DNA of 52,434 nt from Phoronis australis (GCA_002633005.1 NMRA01000049.1:196913-249346), one strand, 5' to 3'. Positions 24,926-38,143 are shown, counted from the first letter of the stretch. Made by a program: numbers and translations. The notes: generated by a model from the letters alone, not told the origin.

Positions 24926-25172
24926 CATGCGCGCACCTGGGGTGGAGGCTCGAATGAGCCCCCACCCCCTATTTGGCGAAGTGGGCAAAAACGTTCGCCT
25001 CAGATAAACAAAAACTTCGAAAAAATTAGTAAACGGGTCCACTAAAAAGGCAGGAACTCCCAATATTCGGCAAATGCACAATTCATAGCTCTGGACTTAC
25101 CCCGTGAATCTTAGAAAAAGGTCCACATTCTCAAAAATTCGAGCCCCCTATTTTAGGCTGGGTGCGCGCATG
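24926..25172. mobile_element. MITE with 12-bp TIR CATGCGCGCACC and 5-bp TSD ATTTG
   Basis: atttg|catgcgcgcacc ... ggtgcgcgcatg|atttg. A related right end (gggtgcgcgcttg) occurs at about 17028-17040. Confidence 0.8.
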
Positions 25173-25226
25173 ATTTGGTATATCGTTTGGAGTCGTGACT
25201 GCACGAATCACGGATAACGTATGACA

Positions 25227-25968
25227 GACTGCCAAGCCTACCTATCTCCACTCATGCCAGAGGCTATTGCCAGATTATGAGACTGACTCGGGATGTAGAA
25301 GTCGAAAATTTATTTTTTTTGTTTGACAGTGTATGTTATAAGACAACACTGACGGAGCGTTCACGTATTGAATAATCACTCGAGGGGTAGGATGATTAGA
25401 CCAGTGAAGTCATCATGTGATATATTAACACAGTGGGATATGAGAGTTCAAATGTTGTGCTTTATCCCGATTATAAAATACATTGAGCTTGTGATTAGAA
25501 TTATAGGCTTCAAAGGCGGAATCTCCAACGAAGGTTGTCGATTCTTCCAAAAAAAAACAGGAGCTGACTGTGGTAACGTAATTAGAGGATAGACAANGAC
25601 TGCCAAGCCTACCTATCTCCACTCATGCCAGAGGCTATTGCCAGATTATGAGACTGACTCGGGATGTAGAAGTCGAAAATTTATTTTTTTTTGTCTGACA
25701 GTGTATGTTATAAGACAACACTGACGGAGCGTTCACGTATTGAATAATCACTCGAGGGGTAGGATGATTAGACCAGTGAAGTCATCATGTGGTATATTAA
25801 CACAGTGGGATATGAGAGTTCAAATGTTGTGCTTTATCCCGATTATAAAATACATTGAGCTTGTGATTAGAATTATAGGCTTCAAAGGCGGAATCTCCAA
25901 CGAAGGTTGTCGATTCTTCCAAAAAAAAACAGGAGCTGACTGTGGTAACGTAATTAGAGGATAGACAA
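25227..25968. other. About 370-bp direct duplication joined by a single N (probable haplotype-overlap assembly artefact)
   Basis: 25227-25596 and 25598-25968 are near-identical (a few substitutions and homopolymer length differences), with N at 25597. Confidence 0.85.
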
Positions 25969-26423
25969 AGGGTCCTATATTATACGCTGATTGGTAAAGT
26001 GCCCAGTTCCGTGTCGACGACTGATACACGAAGCCAAAGGTTAAAATATGGGCTCTCTAACAAGGCGGAATTCCTCCAGCCTTGCACACGGGGAACCGAA
26101 AAAGCCTCAGTAGAACATTCAATCATATCAGGCTTGTAATGACCAGTGACAAAAATTTTCCGGCTGAATTTCCGTTCTACAAATAAATAGCCTTAGTAAA
26201 TGATAGTTTTTTCTGTGTTGTAAAATTTAACGCCAAGAAACGTTTTTACATGAATAAAGCCAAAATAATGATAAGTTAGACGAAAACAAAAAGAAAACTG
26301 GAAACAAATAAGGGGAAATCGAAAGAGGAAATGCTTTTAACAAGAACAACGCAGAGGCGCTCACGACTGCACCCTAAACGGTGTGCTTCTATGGTGTTTT
26401 TAGGCCATTAGATGGCGCAGAAC

Positions 26424-26591
26424 CATGGGCGGCGCAGCACTGAAAAAACGGGGGGCTAAAGCCTTCCAGTCCCCCTGTGGTACACCGCCCATAGACCAGG
26501 GGAGCCGGAGCACTGAAAAAAGTGGAGGGGGGGGGGGGGNGGGGGGGGGGGGGGGGCTATAGTCCCAGCCCCCTATGGTGCGCCGCTCATG
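26424..26591. mobile_element. MITE with TIR CATG(G/A)GCGGCGCA and 5-bp TSD AGAAC
   Basis: agaac|catgggcggcgca ... tgcgccgctcatg|agaac, with an internal poly-G run. Confidence 0.8.
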
Positions 26592-26982
26592 AGAACGTGT
26601 CAAATATGAAGGCGCTGACTCAGCCTCGTCCCCAAGCCTCAAGAAGGCGCTGATCGGTTTACAAATTTGAGGCTTGATTGCGTCTGAGAATTACCTCCTG
26701 CGCAATGACTGGCAGCCGCCATGACGTCATTAAAACAAAGGCAGATATTAGTAAGTTTCACAGGCGTTGTTGCTCCCATTTATGAAGCAAAAGGCATTGT
26801 TTTGGTTATTGTTTGAAATAAAGGTTGTTGCGTACTTATTTTCAATTCTTTTTTTATTTATATTATCATAGATATTAATCTGTTTTCGAATCAAAGTACA
26901 TCATTTTTGCAATAATTTAGACCTAAATAGCAGCAACATGCCATTAGTTTTAATTTTTGTGTAAAACTGCAGAAAATTTTAT

Positions 26983-28050
26983 TACTAGTGATATTCCGGG
27001 GATTTCCCTAAAAATGTGTCAGAATTTTGGTGTACCAGAAAACATCAAATCTGTCCAAAAAAGGAACTCATCTTTTAAATTTCACAAAGCTCCTTCAAAT
27101 GGTTAAGGGGATTCAGCTGTAAACGCAAAAAAATTGCCACTATGGGGCGACACAATAATAAGACCCGTCTGAAAGTCAACGCTAGTCATGACCTTCTCAT
27201 CAGGAACACACCTGTAAATTTTCATACTGATCCTTTAAGAGGTACGGCAGATAGGTAGAGGGAAGCCAAAAAACCAACACAAAACTGGTCACCAGGTGAC
27301 GCAGAAGACGTCAAATCTGTTCGAAAATGGAAACGTGTTGTCGTCTCCTTATTAGATGAAAATATAATAATGAATTCCAAAGATACAGAGGCAAACTTTA
27401 AAAAAAATTGCCACTAGGGGGCACAATGGTATTTGGATCAGTTCGACACTCGTTACCGTTTGTCATCGACTTCATTACAATGCATCTTTCAAATTTCAAA
27501 AAGCTCCAACGGATTAAAGAGATTCAGCCAGAAACGCAACAAAAACAAAATCGCCACTAGGGGGCGACACAGTTGTTGGACTTGTCCTAAAGTCAACGTC
27601 AGTCGTGGCCTTATCAGGAACACATCAGTGGATTTTCATAATGATCCTTTAAGCGGTATGGCAGATTGAGAGACAGATGCCAGAACGTAAAAATAACAAA
27701 AATGGCTACAAGATTGGGTAAAACCTGTCAAATCCGTCCGAAAATGGTATGGCATCACATTTTCATTAAAAACCGATTTTCTGAATTTCACAATGACAAT
27801 CCATCATGGAACTCCGAAGATACAGAGGCAAATGTAAAAAAATAAAACTGCCACTAGGGGGGCACAGTGGTACTCAGGTCGGTTCGAAACTCGTCGTCAC
27901 CTATCGTCAGCCGCATAGGAACACACCCGCCAAATTTCAATAAGATCCTTCAACGGGTTTACGAGATACAGCTGCGGCGGCCGGACGCCGCACGCCCAGA
28001 CAGATATATGACAATATGCATCCACATACAGATGTGTGGTGGCATAAAAA
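26983..28050 (+). mobile_element. Composite repeat resembling a non-autonomous Helentron/DINE-like element
   Basis: Diverged tandem units of about 140 bp (GCCACTAGGGGGC ... aatttcaYaatgatcct), then a GAC/CAGA-rich tract, a 3' hairpin (atgcatccacat...atgtgtggtggcat) and an A run. Boundaries approximate. Confidence 0.5.
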
Positions 28051-30109
28051 GGAAAATTAGGAGCCCTGCATGTCCACCAATCAATCAAATGTACGAACGT
28101 AATAATGTCTACAGTTTATTTCACCCAAGACGAAGCAAAAAAGAAACGCATAATGCTTATCAACAACAAAACCAGGTAGCCTAACAGTCACTTTTAGTGG
28201 TGCAAAGATACACGACCTATTTCAGACCAATGCCTTTGTGAGGGCCCCCTGACAGTCACAGCGGGAGAGTATGCAGCCATATGTATCAGTGAATGCTAAC
28301 TAAAGGCGGGATTACTCGGCAGGCCTTCATTGTTGGCAAGTAATTTACTAAGAATTTTTTTATTTCAAAATTGCCTGTCTAGGCGCTTAGGTGTTTGTTA
28401 TCTGCCAGTATCCATGCAGCAGGGACTGTAGCACCGAACCCGCTTACAGACATTTCCGGATTATGCAAAATGAAATATGAAAAGAATCAGCACTTGCCTC
28501 CCACTCTAAATACACACAATAACAGACATCAAAAGTAACAGCTTCATTCAATTAAAACCTAATCGGAAAAATAGTCCGATTCTACAGTGAAAATACATCT
28601 AAAATTTATCAAAAGTTGTGTCCAGATGAGCAGGTGTCCAAGTTGAGCATCTACACAAACAAACCTACCATCAGTGTCAGGGCGGAACCTCATAATTCAC
28701 TCTGCGCATGGACTATCAAATTATGAGACTAAAATGCCCCTGTGCTTAGGGTAAATTCTCCTGAATTATCAGGAGAACAAATAATCGCCAAAATCTCTCA
28801 TTTTTCTAAGGTTTCAAACGTAGTATTGAGACAGTAGCTTCGAAAAGAAAAAGAAAAACAAAACTTTAGTTACTTGCCTGCAATTGTGTGTTATAAATTG
28901 ACAAGATTTTAACCAACCCTTTGCAAAACTGTAGCTGATAAGTTTATACTTCTGCCTTGACATAGATTCTGTTTCCAAGCACTTGTGCATAGACAACTGA
29001 GTTAAACCAGCACAATTTACCACCTACCTCATGATGTGGGTAAAACTTGTACTGGATTGTCTTTATCTGGGGTTACCTGCACTGGGCAACTGACCATCTG
29101 GACACACTCAATACATTCATTAGACCCTTGACATCTACACACAGCACATACCAAAACTTGTCAGACAAAATGTCCCGGAAATTCTCGGCCATGCTGGCTG
29201 AGCGCGATTGGAATCAACCTATCACTAGCTCCGCTCCCTTGTGAAATGATGACAAACAATAAAGTTTTACCCTGCAATGTGTTGTTTGTGGGGTAAAATG
29301 GCAGCTTGGAAATGAAGGTGTGTCAAGAATGCTACGTTCTTATTGGTCAGTTAAGCTGTCACTAGAATTCCTGGCGATAGGTCAATTCCCATTATAATGG
29401 CTGAGTGTGGGCAGAATCAACTGTCGGAGAAGTTGAAATGGCCCGTAATCATAGGGGAACAGAATTTTAACCATTTGCATTTGGCATGTACAGTATGTAG
29501 TTGTCAGTTCAACAGGAATCTCCCAAATGATAAGCACACTGGCACTGAACAAACTCCAGCTCTATAACTAAGCCGTACAACATGAGCAATTTCATAAACA
29601 ATTAATCTAGAACACAAGACAGTATGGCATTTGTTCTCCTGTTTCGCACATTCGTTCAATTTGCACACAGTGACCCGACGGCATTTGATATACAAAGGGC
29701 ATTTTGTGCGCATTCGATTAATTTCAGGTCGGTAGGCCAAAAGAACTCTCTTTCGGTAATACTGACGAGTGACATTTTTGACAAGCTACATTTTGACAAA
29801 AAAAATCAACTTTCTCTTTACTTCATATTTTCTGACAGCCAATCACCAAATGAACACTCAGAATTTTCTTTGTGCAAAATTGAACAGTTACAAAGTATGT
29901 GCGAAACTAGAGAGTAACTACTGTAGCAAATGCATAATAAAGAATGGCAAAACTGCAACAAAAGCATGGCACACCATTAGATACGAGTTTCCCCAACTCA
30001 TGCAGCTGGTGCTTCCTAACTTAAACAAGACTTCTACAACTGCAAGAATAGACAATGTTACAAATGCCCAACCAAGACAATGAAGATACACAGTGTTCAG
30101 TGGAACAAA

Positions 30110-30358
30110 CAGAGCTTGGAATGACCAATGAAAAAAGAGGAAAATTTTCCAGGCGATGGATTGTTCCACGAATAAATAGGCTTACAGTATGTGAAATATT
30201 TTTTGTGTTGTTAATCTCAACTGAAACGTTTTTGCATGAATCACGTCAAAATAATGATGAAAAAGTGACAAAAAATCAAGGAAACTGGAAATCAAACAAG
30301 AGGAAATCGAAACCAAAAAAGAAGAAATCATCTTACAAGAGGAAAATTCCAAGCCCTG
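30110..30358. mobile_element. MITE, CAGGGCTTGGAA-TIR family, copy 1
   Basis: cagagcttggaat ... attccaagccctg. Internal sequence shared with 32847-33083 and partly with about 26150-26340. Confidence 0.75.
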
Positions 30359-31101
30359 CACTAACTACACTTGTCTTTAATAAATCAAACATTGCTAGTA
30401 GAAATAACCAACAGACACTCTGACATCACCAAAGCTTAGTAAATAAAATAAATGAACCAACAAAAGCTTAAAATTTAAATTACCGATGTATCAAGAAGAA
30501 ACTCCATATTTATACCGAGATTCTAATATCATTAGCACTGTCCTGAAACTAGCTTGTTTCAAGCTTCATTACTTTTGGCATATGAAATTATGAGCACGCC
30601 AATTCCAACTCCCCATTAGAGGCTTCAATTAGCAAACAGACAATATGATCACGGTCAATTTCGGTCATAGTGGTATTTTATAATTCAAAACTCTAGTGAG
30701 TCTTCAAAACTGTAAATAGTCAATGCCTAATAAACTCGGTAATAATCAGATATAATGGTTTCATATTTTGAGAATTAGTTTTCTTCAGTGAATAACAGGC
30801 ACCAAACAGGTTGTCAAAATGTGGGCCCATTATATCATACTATTGCTGTACATTGTGCGGAGCATGATCCCACTAACTTCTAGTTCAGCCTTTAACAGTA
30901 TGATCATTTTGAATTCCTACCATGTGGCATCACTCAAAACTTGTGTGACTTTTCAAAAATACAGACAATGCGTGGTAAAGTTTGCAGTCATTTAGTCCCA
31001 ACAAGTTTCAAATAAAATTCTCAATTGTCCCATCACCTTTCAGTTCAATTTGAACTACATTTTACACCAATCATTTGCTCCTCGACAATATAGCTTTTAG
31101 A

Positions 31102-32140
31102 AACTAGACAAGAGTAACGCAGAGCGTTGATATGCACCCAACATGTCCATTCCCAACAGTAGATTTACGGGGTGACCATTTTTCAAATATTTCCACAATA
31201 GCTGGATCCATCCAAACATCAGCATAAGTCAGTGCTCTCCTCATTTGGAATACATAAGTTCAATTTCATGAACATCAATTGAAGAACTTGGTTGATAGGC
31301 AGACACTGATAATTTGCCACTAGAGGGCACGACAGGAAACAGATCAGTGCTTTCTTCAATAGGAATACATTTGTTAAACTTCAACAAGTTCCATCAAAAA
31401 CTTTGTGTGGATATTGAGTGAGGCACAAAAAATTAAATTTCCACTACTGGGAGTCATAACTGTTGAAACTGTGAGAAAAACAACATGGGCTCGGTAAAGC
31501 CAAATTTCAAAAAGATCCATCAAAGAACTTGGTAGATATTGAGACAGACGCAAAGAAATACTCAAATTGTCACAAGGGAGCACCAGAGTGGTCAGATCCA
31601 TCCAAAAATCAGCACCAACCAAGCTTACAATAAGTACAAACACCCCAAACTTCATGAAGATACACCAAGGAACATGGTAGATATTGGGGCACACAGCAAA
31701 ATATCAAAATTATCACAACTAGATACCAAAGCAATCGAAACTGTCCAAAACAATGTCATCTGTGCTATCGTCAATGGAATCACAAATGCCTAATTTCAAA
31801 AACATCTGTCGAAGAACATTGTAGATATTGAGCAAGACACCACTACGAGGTGCTACAATTGATCTGTTTGAGAATAAACGTCGGCCATGCTCCCCTCATC
31901 AGGACCATAATACAATTTCATGAAGGACATGAACACCAATGAACTTGATATAGCAAAAGAGGCAAGATTACCACTAGAGGGTGCCACAGTCATCACACCC
32001 GTGAACCGTGCTCTACTCAATAAGAGCTCATGCATCAAATTTCATGAAACCCATCAAGGAGTTAGGTAGATATTGAGGTAGAGACATACATATGTGGACA
32101 CATGATAATATAGCATTATAGAATAAAATATATGCTCGAC
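31102..32140 (+). mobile_element. Second diverged Helentron/DINE-like composite repeat
   Basis: Starts aactagacaagag. Tandem units contain aaatttcatgaa...tagatattgag and CCACTAGAGGG(C/T), the same architecture as 26983-28050. Boundaries approximate. Confidence 0.45.
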
Positions 32141-32846
32141 GTCCAGTAACTTTAAATAACTATGAAAGCACATGATGCTAAATAATCACAACCATCGACT
32201 TCGAAATAAAACTCACTTTTAAGTGCCTGCAGACACAAAATACCATACTTCAACACGTAAGCTCATTAATCCTGACCAGAAAATTGAGAATTTGGCTTGC
32301 CAAAAATGGGAAAATAGAAGAATGAATTTTTAAATTGAAAATCTATTAGTGCCACAAAGCCAACTGTGTGCAACACTATCAAATAACTGTGCTGCGATTG
32401 GCTACTTCCACTCTGCACTGGCTAATCAACCTATCCAAAAGAGCCACAATTGATGAAAAATGTGTTCTGTTTAAAAAAACGTCATACCTTCGTTGGCAGA
32501 GGTCGCACTTCCTCTATCTAATGAGCTGACGGGTGATTTTCTCCTCACTCACCACCAAAAATGTAAATTATAAGCCACATCATTCAACCACACAAAATAT
32601 GTCACAAACATTTCCATAACAAGTGATATCCATCTTCTGACAGATCAGTGGTTGTACTACCATATAAAACTAGACTGTGAAAAGGCTATCTTGTTTGTAA
32701 GGGCTGTTCACCTTTCCAAAAAATGGGCTGCTAATGTACCATTTAATGGAAGAAACTAATTTTCATCATATCAAGAGAAATTTTAACACAAGTTTGTTGG
32801 GTTAATCAGCCTATCTCATGATTTCCATTTCGTAACCTGTAAGTGG

Positions 32847-33083
32847 CAGGGCTTGGATTGACCAATGACAAACAAGAGAAAAATCAAGTTTTCCAGGTGA
32901 TATATCGTTCCACAAATAAATAGGCTTATGTGATAGAAATATTTTCCAGTTGTAAAACTTATTAACTGAAATAAATGGTTTTACTTGAATAAAGTCAAAA
33001 TAAAGAGGAAACTGGAAATCAAATAAGAGGAAATCGAAACCAAAAAAGAGGAGTCCTCTTCAAACAGGAAATTCCAAGCCCTG
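32847..33083. mobile_element. MITE, CAGGGCTTGGAA-TIR family, copy 2
   Basis: cagggcttgga ... tccaagccctg, with flanks aagtgg / aactgg (possible 6-bp TSD with one mismatch). Confidence 0.75.
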
Positions 33084-33637
33084 AACTGGATGGGAGTAAA
33101 AATCCCTCCTAGTAAATAAAAAGCTTTCCAATGGACCTATTAAATACGATCCTTTGACCACTAATGATTTGAAAATTTAAAGTGGCAACAAACCAATCTC
33201 AAATCTTTTGATTAAGACCAATGACCATTATGAAATTGGTCTCAAATTGTTCCTTAGTCAAATTAGAGGTGTTTTCAGGGCTTCAAAAGAACTGACAATT
33301 GTGCCACGCAGAAAAAAAATCCCATTTTTTTGCAAATCGAGAAATCCCACCACATGAGTTAGGAACAAGCGGAGACCAATTTTACAGTGGTAAATGGTTT
33401 AGAGAAAAAGTTTGACGATTCTGCGTCGGAACGAGGGTTTATAGTCACTTTAAAAGTCAGTAGCACTTAAATTTTTTAACTGGGACCCTAGATAACATGG
33501 GAATGCGATATTCTTGAAAAAGTAAATGAGACCCTGTTGTCAGGAGTTGATTTTCACGACGGATTAAATAAAATGTGCAACCACAAACATGTTGAAAGAC
33601 ATATGGCTAACACACTAGTGTTTCATGTAGTGCTGAT

Positions 33638-33743
33638 TTATTTCTTGTTGTTCTCCGCTGCTAATGCTTTCTCCAGCTTCTGTTGCTGTACATTGGCATA
33701 CTTTTCTCTAATCTTTCTCTGAGTCTCCTCATCGGCAAAGTAA
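33638..33743 (-). CDS. MPC1: Mitochondrial pyruvate carrier 1, exon 5 (terminal coding exon, 106 nt)
   Basis: Acceptor catttcttgcag|T TAC TTT GCC GAT... matches the phase of exon 4 (TA|T = Tyr) and encodes YFADEETQRKIREKYANVQQQKLEKALAAENNKK*. The total CDS is 414 nt, 137 aa. Confidence 0.8.
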
Positions 33744-35540
33744 CTGCAAGAAATGAAGGTGGATAATAACACTTTCACAAAGTGATCGCAGTTTAGGAAG
33801 AGCGTCAAATGTGCCACTGGCTGACCCAATAAGACCGTCCTGAAATAACACAGCACCAGTCACATTCTAAGGTGTTTACCCACAATGCCCCACACGCCTG
33901 TCCTGCTTGTTCACATGCTACTAGTCATTATCTCATATCATAATTGTTATGTAATTCATCATTGTGATGCAATGTCCACATCAAGCAATTGACAAAGAAG
34001 ACAAATATCAGTGCTCGATGTAATGTATAATGTATTGTTCTTCGCTTGCCTTTTGGAAAGTATTTCAGTCATGTAATGCATTTTTCTACCTCTGCGACAC
34101 AGGAGAGTAAACGGAGGACAGGCCTATTTTAAGGTAAAACAACTAGGCCATGCACTACTTGTGGAAGTAGAAGGAAAAGACTGCAGCAATTCTTAGAACA
34201 TTTTTGAACAATGAAAATATAAGATAATTTCTGCATGTTACTCCTGGACTGTGATGTGCTCATACCTTACTTGGCTAAACAATTTACTGCAATTGTGAAG
34301 TAAGACAATAAGACCACCTTTTTCATGAAATAGAACAACAGAACTGCCACTTTTTGCAAAAAAATATTTAAATTATTAGCTTTACTTGAACATCACTGAG
34401 TCTTGTAGATTATAATTCATCCAGGTCCACGTATATATATACATGTATGAATGATAACGAATCTTTCAACCAAATGTACCTCGTTAGCAGAGGTCGCGCT
34501 GGTACAATTTCACAGTAAAGGTGGGAAGACCGGAGATCACCAGTCGATCATCTTCTATACAAGGGGACAGGTGTAATTCCGCAACGTAAAGGTTTTAACA
34601 AGTTATGTCCAGTTGAAAGATTAAGAACTACTCATATATCACTCATAATATTTTTGCTTCTAATTTTATACCTAGCTCTCATTCACACTAACATACCCAC
34701 ACACTACTAAGGCTGAGGTCAAAGGTGATGGAGTCATCTTAGTACAATGCTTAGCGGTACTTGTCTACCAGTATGACCAGGATTTGTACCCATCTATTCT
34801 GATGAACAACATTTGGGTACAAACATTTAAGGGGACATTTTCGGTTTTACAGTGAAAAAACATTTCTAGGATTATTGTTGCACGTGATACACTTCTTGAA
34901 GTTATCAGCTTCGACCAGAGATGTAACCAACAAAATCTTAGTAGTTTTTGTAATCTAATTACAAATCACCAATTATCGCCTTTGTCTACCAGAGATCCGC
35001 TGAAAGCAACGCCAGTGACTTAACGACTTAAATACAACCAAAACACTGTACCATTTAACGAGTAGGATTAAGCTCCGCCAGTAGAGGGTTATGCTGTGAC
35101 CGTGGGGGTTGCAGGTACGATTATACACTGAGGCTGATCTCAGAAACCACTTTTCTCACATGCTGCCAAGCTTCTATTCAACCACAACTAGGAGCGAGCT
35201 GAGGGACGGAGGAGACCTCGTGCAGTGCTCTAATGCCAATCTGAGAAGTAAGTAGCTTGAACACAGTGCAGTCAACTCACTTAAGTGGTTCCCAAAAAAT
35301 AGTGTTACTATCTTGTAGCCAACGAAAATCAGCTTCTTCTACAGAACCCTCTCCAACTCATTAATGTTTATCACCTGCATTCACAGGAGGATAGTACAAC
35401 TGTATGACAGATCAGTAACACACCAGCTTGATATATATACATATGCTAAATCATTTATGACTTTTAACTGAGTGTTTTTATGCGATACTTTTAGTTTTTG
35501 ACATGCTCAGTTATGCAAATCGGTCCTGAAATAGTAAGCA

Positions 35541-36056
35541 GTTACATCATGCAACCGTACTTAACAGATACATCAAGCATACTACTGTACTTAAAAGATA
35601 TGTCACACATACCATGGTACATAAAAGTTACATAATGCATACTAACATACTTAACAGTTACTAGTATGTCATTCGTATTACCGAATTCAACAGATACGCC
35701 ACACATACTACCGTACTTAATAGAAATGTCACACATACTACCGTCATTAACAGTTACATAACGCATACTACCGTATTCAACAGTTATGTTACACATACTA
35801 CCATACTGAACAGTTACATAACGCATACTATCGTATTCAACAGTTATGTTACACATACTACGGTACTTAACAGTTACATAACGCATACTATCGTATTCAA
35901 CAGTTATGTTACACATACTACCGTACTTAACAGTTACATAACGCATACTATCGTATTCAACAGTTATGTTACACATACTACCGTACTTAACAGTTACATA
36001 ACGCATACCATCGTATTCAACAGTTATGTTACACATACTACCGTACTTAACAGTTA
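35541..36056. repeat. 30-bp minisatellite with a 60-bp A/B higher-order repeat, in MPC1 intron 4
   Basis: cagttacataacgcatactatcgtattcaa + cagttatgttacacatactaccgtacttaa repeated about 5 times near-identically at 35751-36050, with more diverged monomers to the left. Confidence 0.95.
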
Positions 36057-36214
36057 CGTCACGTACACTACAATACGTAACAAGTACATTAACTTTACAT
36101 TCACCCAGTCACTTTCAATGGCAGCTATTTTTCTTGTGATTGGCAAGTCAAAAGTTAGCTGGTTAATTATGCCACTAAATGTCATCTTGTGGTACACTGT
36201 GTGACCTAGAACAC

Positions 36215-36460
36215 ACAAGACACTCACTCTGGAAAATTCTGCCCATAACGTTTTGTAAACACATTCGTCAGTGGCAGATACACTCAGAAAAGGGTTCGTA
36301 AACACATTCAACAGTCACAGATCTACTCAGACCCTCACCTAGCAAAACTCTGCCAATAAGGTTTTGTGAGCATATTCACCAGCCATAGATCTACTCAGAC
36401 ACTTACACAGTAAAACTGTCCATAAGGTTTTATTAACACATTCGTTAGAGGCAGATTTAC
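36215..36460. repeat. Diverged short tandem repeat
   Basis: Recurring aaaactctgcccataaggttttgtaaacacattc...cagatctactcagac units. Confidence 0.65.
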
Positions 36461-36795
36461 CGTGAAGCTGCACATCTCTGCCATATACCACTGAAACCCA
36501 GTAGTAGAGGGGGCCCCCTTTTGTCAGATTTTGCATTTATAATTAAAATAACTAATGTACAGATAAGGTCCCCGCTTAAAACCAGGTCTTGTAGGGATCG
36601 GCGCCCGCTAACATTAGAACTTGCAACCAACACCATCAGCACGAAAACTTCTAATACTGACTACCACTATTGGCGTCTCCACTGCCAAGACACCGCCACC
36701 ACCAGCAACTACCACTAAAATTAGCACAAGCTTAACATTACTATCACTACTGCCTCTAATACTTCCAATTGTACACTTTTCTAGTCAGTACTCAC

Positions 36796-36928
36796 TAGTA
36801 ATGGCAGAATCTGGCCCCCTGGTTGAGTTGTGCGCATTCGTTGGTGAAGTGACAGGCAAACAATAACCAGTTCCTCGGCTGCACCTTGTATGCAAATCTC
36901 ATGAATAACATGGAGTAGACGCAGAGAG
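36796..36928 (-). CDS. MPC1: Mitochondrial pyruvate carrier 1, exon 4 (133 nt)
   Basis: tttgcttcag|...[43 protein letters not shown]...TA|gtgagt contains the MPC1 signature [19 protein letters not shown]. Confidence 0.97.
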
Positions 36929-38043
36929 CTGAAGCAAACACAACAAACGCAGCATTAAATGTCTGTTCGGCAATGTGTGTTTTGTTCAGAGCAGATGCAA
37001 TGCGGTCATTCTTCGCTCCATTAGCACACAACACGGCCAACACGTGAAACTTTATTTCTCCAAATTTCTTGACAAAATAGCCATTGCAAGCACGGCTTGT
37101 AGTCTGTAGCTATCAAAAAGCAAAATAGTTTCCAGTACTTGCAGCAATGTAATCAGCCTTGGAAAAATGGAAGAATGACAATTTTGGTACCGTATTCGCC
37201 TTAATAAGTGCCCTGAGCACTTATTAGGGCAAATACGGTAATTTTGTTTCAGCAAAATAAGTGAAGAACTACTGTACTTTTACAGATTGAAACCACTGAC
37301 TGATCAACGTTATGCAGTACCGTAGTTTTACATCATGAACCTGACTCTTTAGAAAATTTGAATTTCGTCTTGCTCTATAAACTCTCTTTGGCTAAAAGGA
37401 TCTGGATAGACCTGATTTGTGTGCATTTTACAACATTTGGCAAAATCTTGTCTCGATGGAGATTGGCAAAATTTAAAGCACCTATCTTCCACAAATTCAG
37501 TGTTCAGTTAAGTCCTGTCCACCGCCATCTTTGAGCAAAACCTTTTTGGTTCACGCTTTGGGGTAGAATCATTTTATTTTTATAACATGACATGCGGCAC
37601 TTCTGATTCCACAACATAAACTATGGACTGCATGGAATTCACTGAATGCTTCAGTGCCACTAACGTGATACATTACAGCTTGATTTCAGCTTGACCTAAT
37701 AGGTCTTTAGTGAGATAAGAAGTAATACCACTTCCCTGATCTCGTACCTCATAGTGGAATTACCCTCGAGGTTTGTAAGACCTCGACATTCTGGTTTTCC
37801 ACAAGCAGGGCTATAGACTTTATGCAAGGTCGCCCGTGCAACAAAATGGAGGTTTTGTCCCACTTCTTTGTTAAGTTTGGAAACCCCCATGTGGTCTATT
37901 AGTGCAGTGTATGTCGCCATGTTGTGTATAAAGTAAGAAATTACAGAACCTAACGACTGATCTCTACTTTTGCCATGCAAACTTGATGAAACATTGTAAA
38001 TAACAATCCTATCCTGAAAAACTTTGATTGCTGTGGTGCTTAC

Positions 38044-38143
38044 TTCCCGTCATCTTTCCACTGACCATAGTAGGATCCTTTTCGCGAGCATCAGCTATGG
38101 CTGCTAGTGGTAGACCCCAGTTGGCGATCGGACCCCAAAAGTG
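38044..38143 (-). CDS. MPC1: Mitochondrial pyruvate carrier 1, exon 3 (100 nt)
   Basis: tgtttctag|[34 protein letters not shown]|gtaagc contains the MPC1 signature HFWGPxANWGLP. Confidence 0.97.

Noticed and set aside
25227-25968. Tandem duplicated 74-aa gene pair
   Set aside because: The duplication is joined by a single N, typical of overlapping contig ends; the ORFs start at TTG and have no recognisable features. A similar artefact occurs at about 41443-41486.
35174-35255. Phase-compatible alternative terminal exon of MPC1 (YYLLLRLALEHCTRSPPSLSSLLVVVE*)
   Set aside because: Weak AAG acceptor with a poor pyrimidine tract; cannot be supported without RNA-seq junctions.
35542-36036. 164-aa repetitive ORF (MCNITVEYDSMRYVTVKYGS)n
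   Set aside because: The open frame follows from a stop-free 30-bp minisatellite inside MPC1 intron 4; no splice or start evidence.
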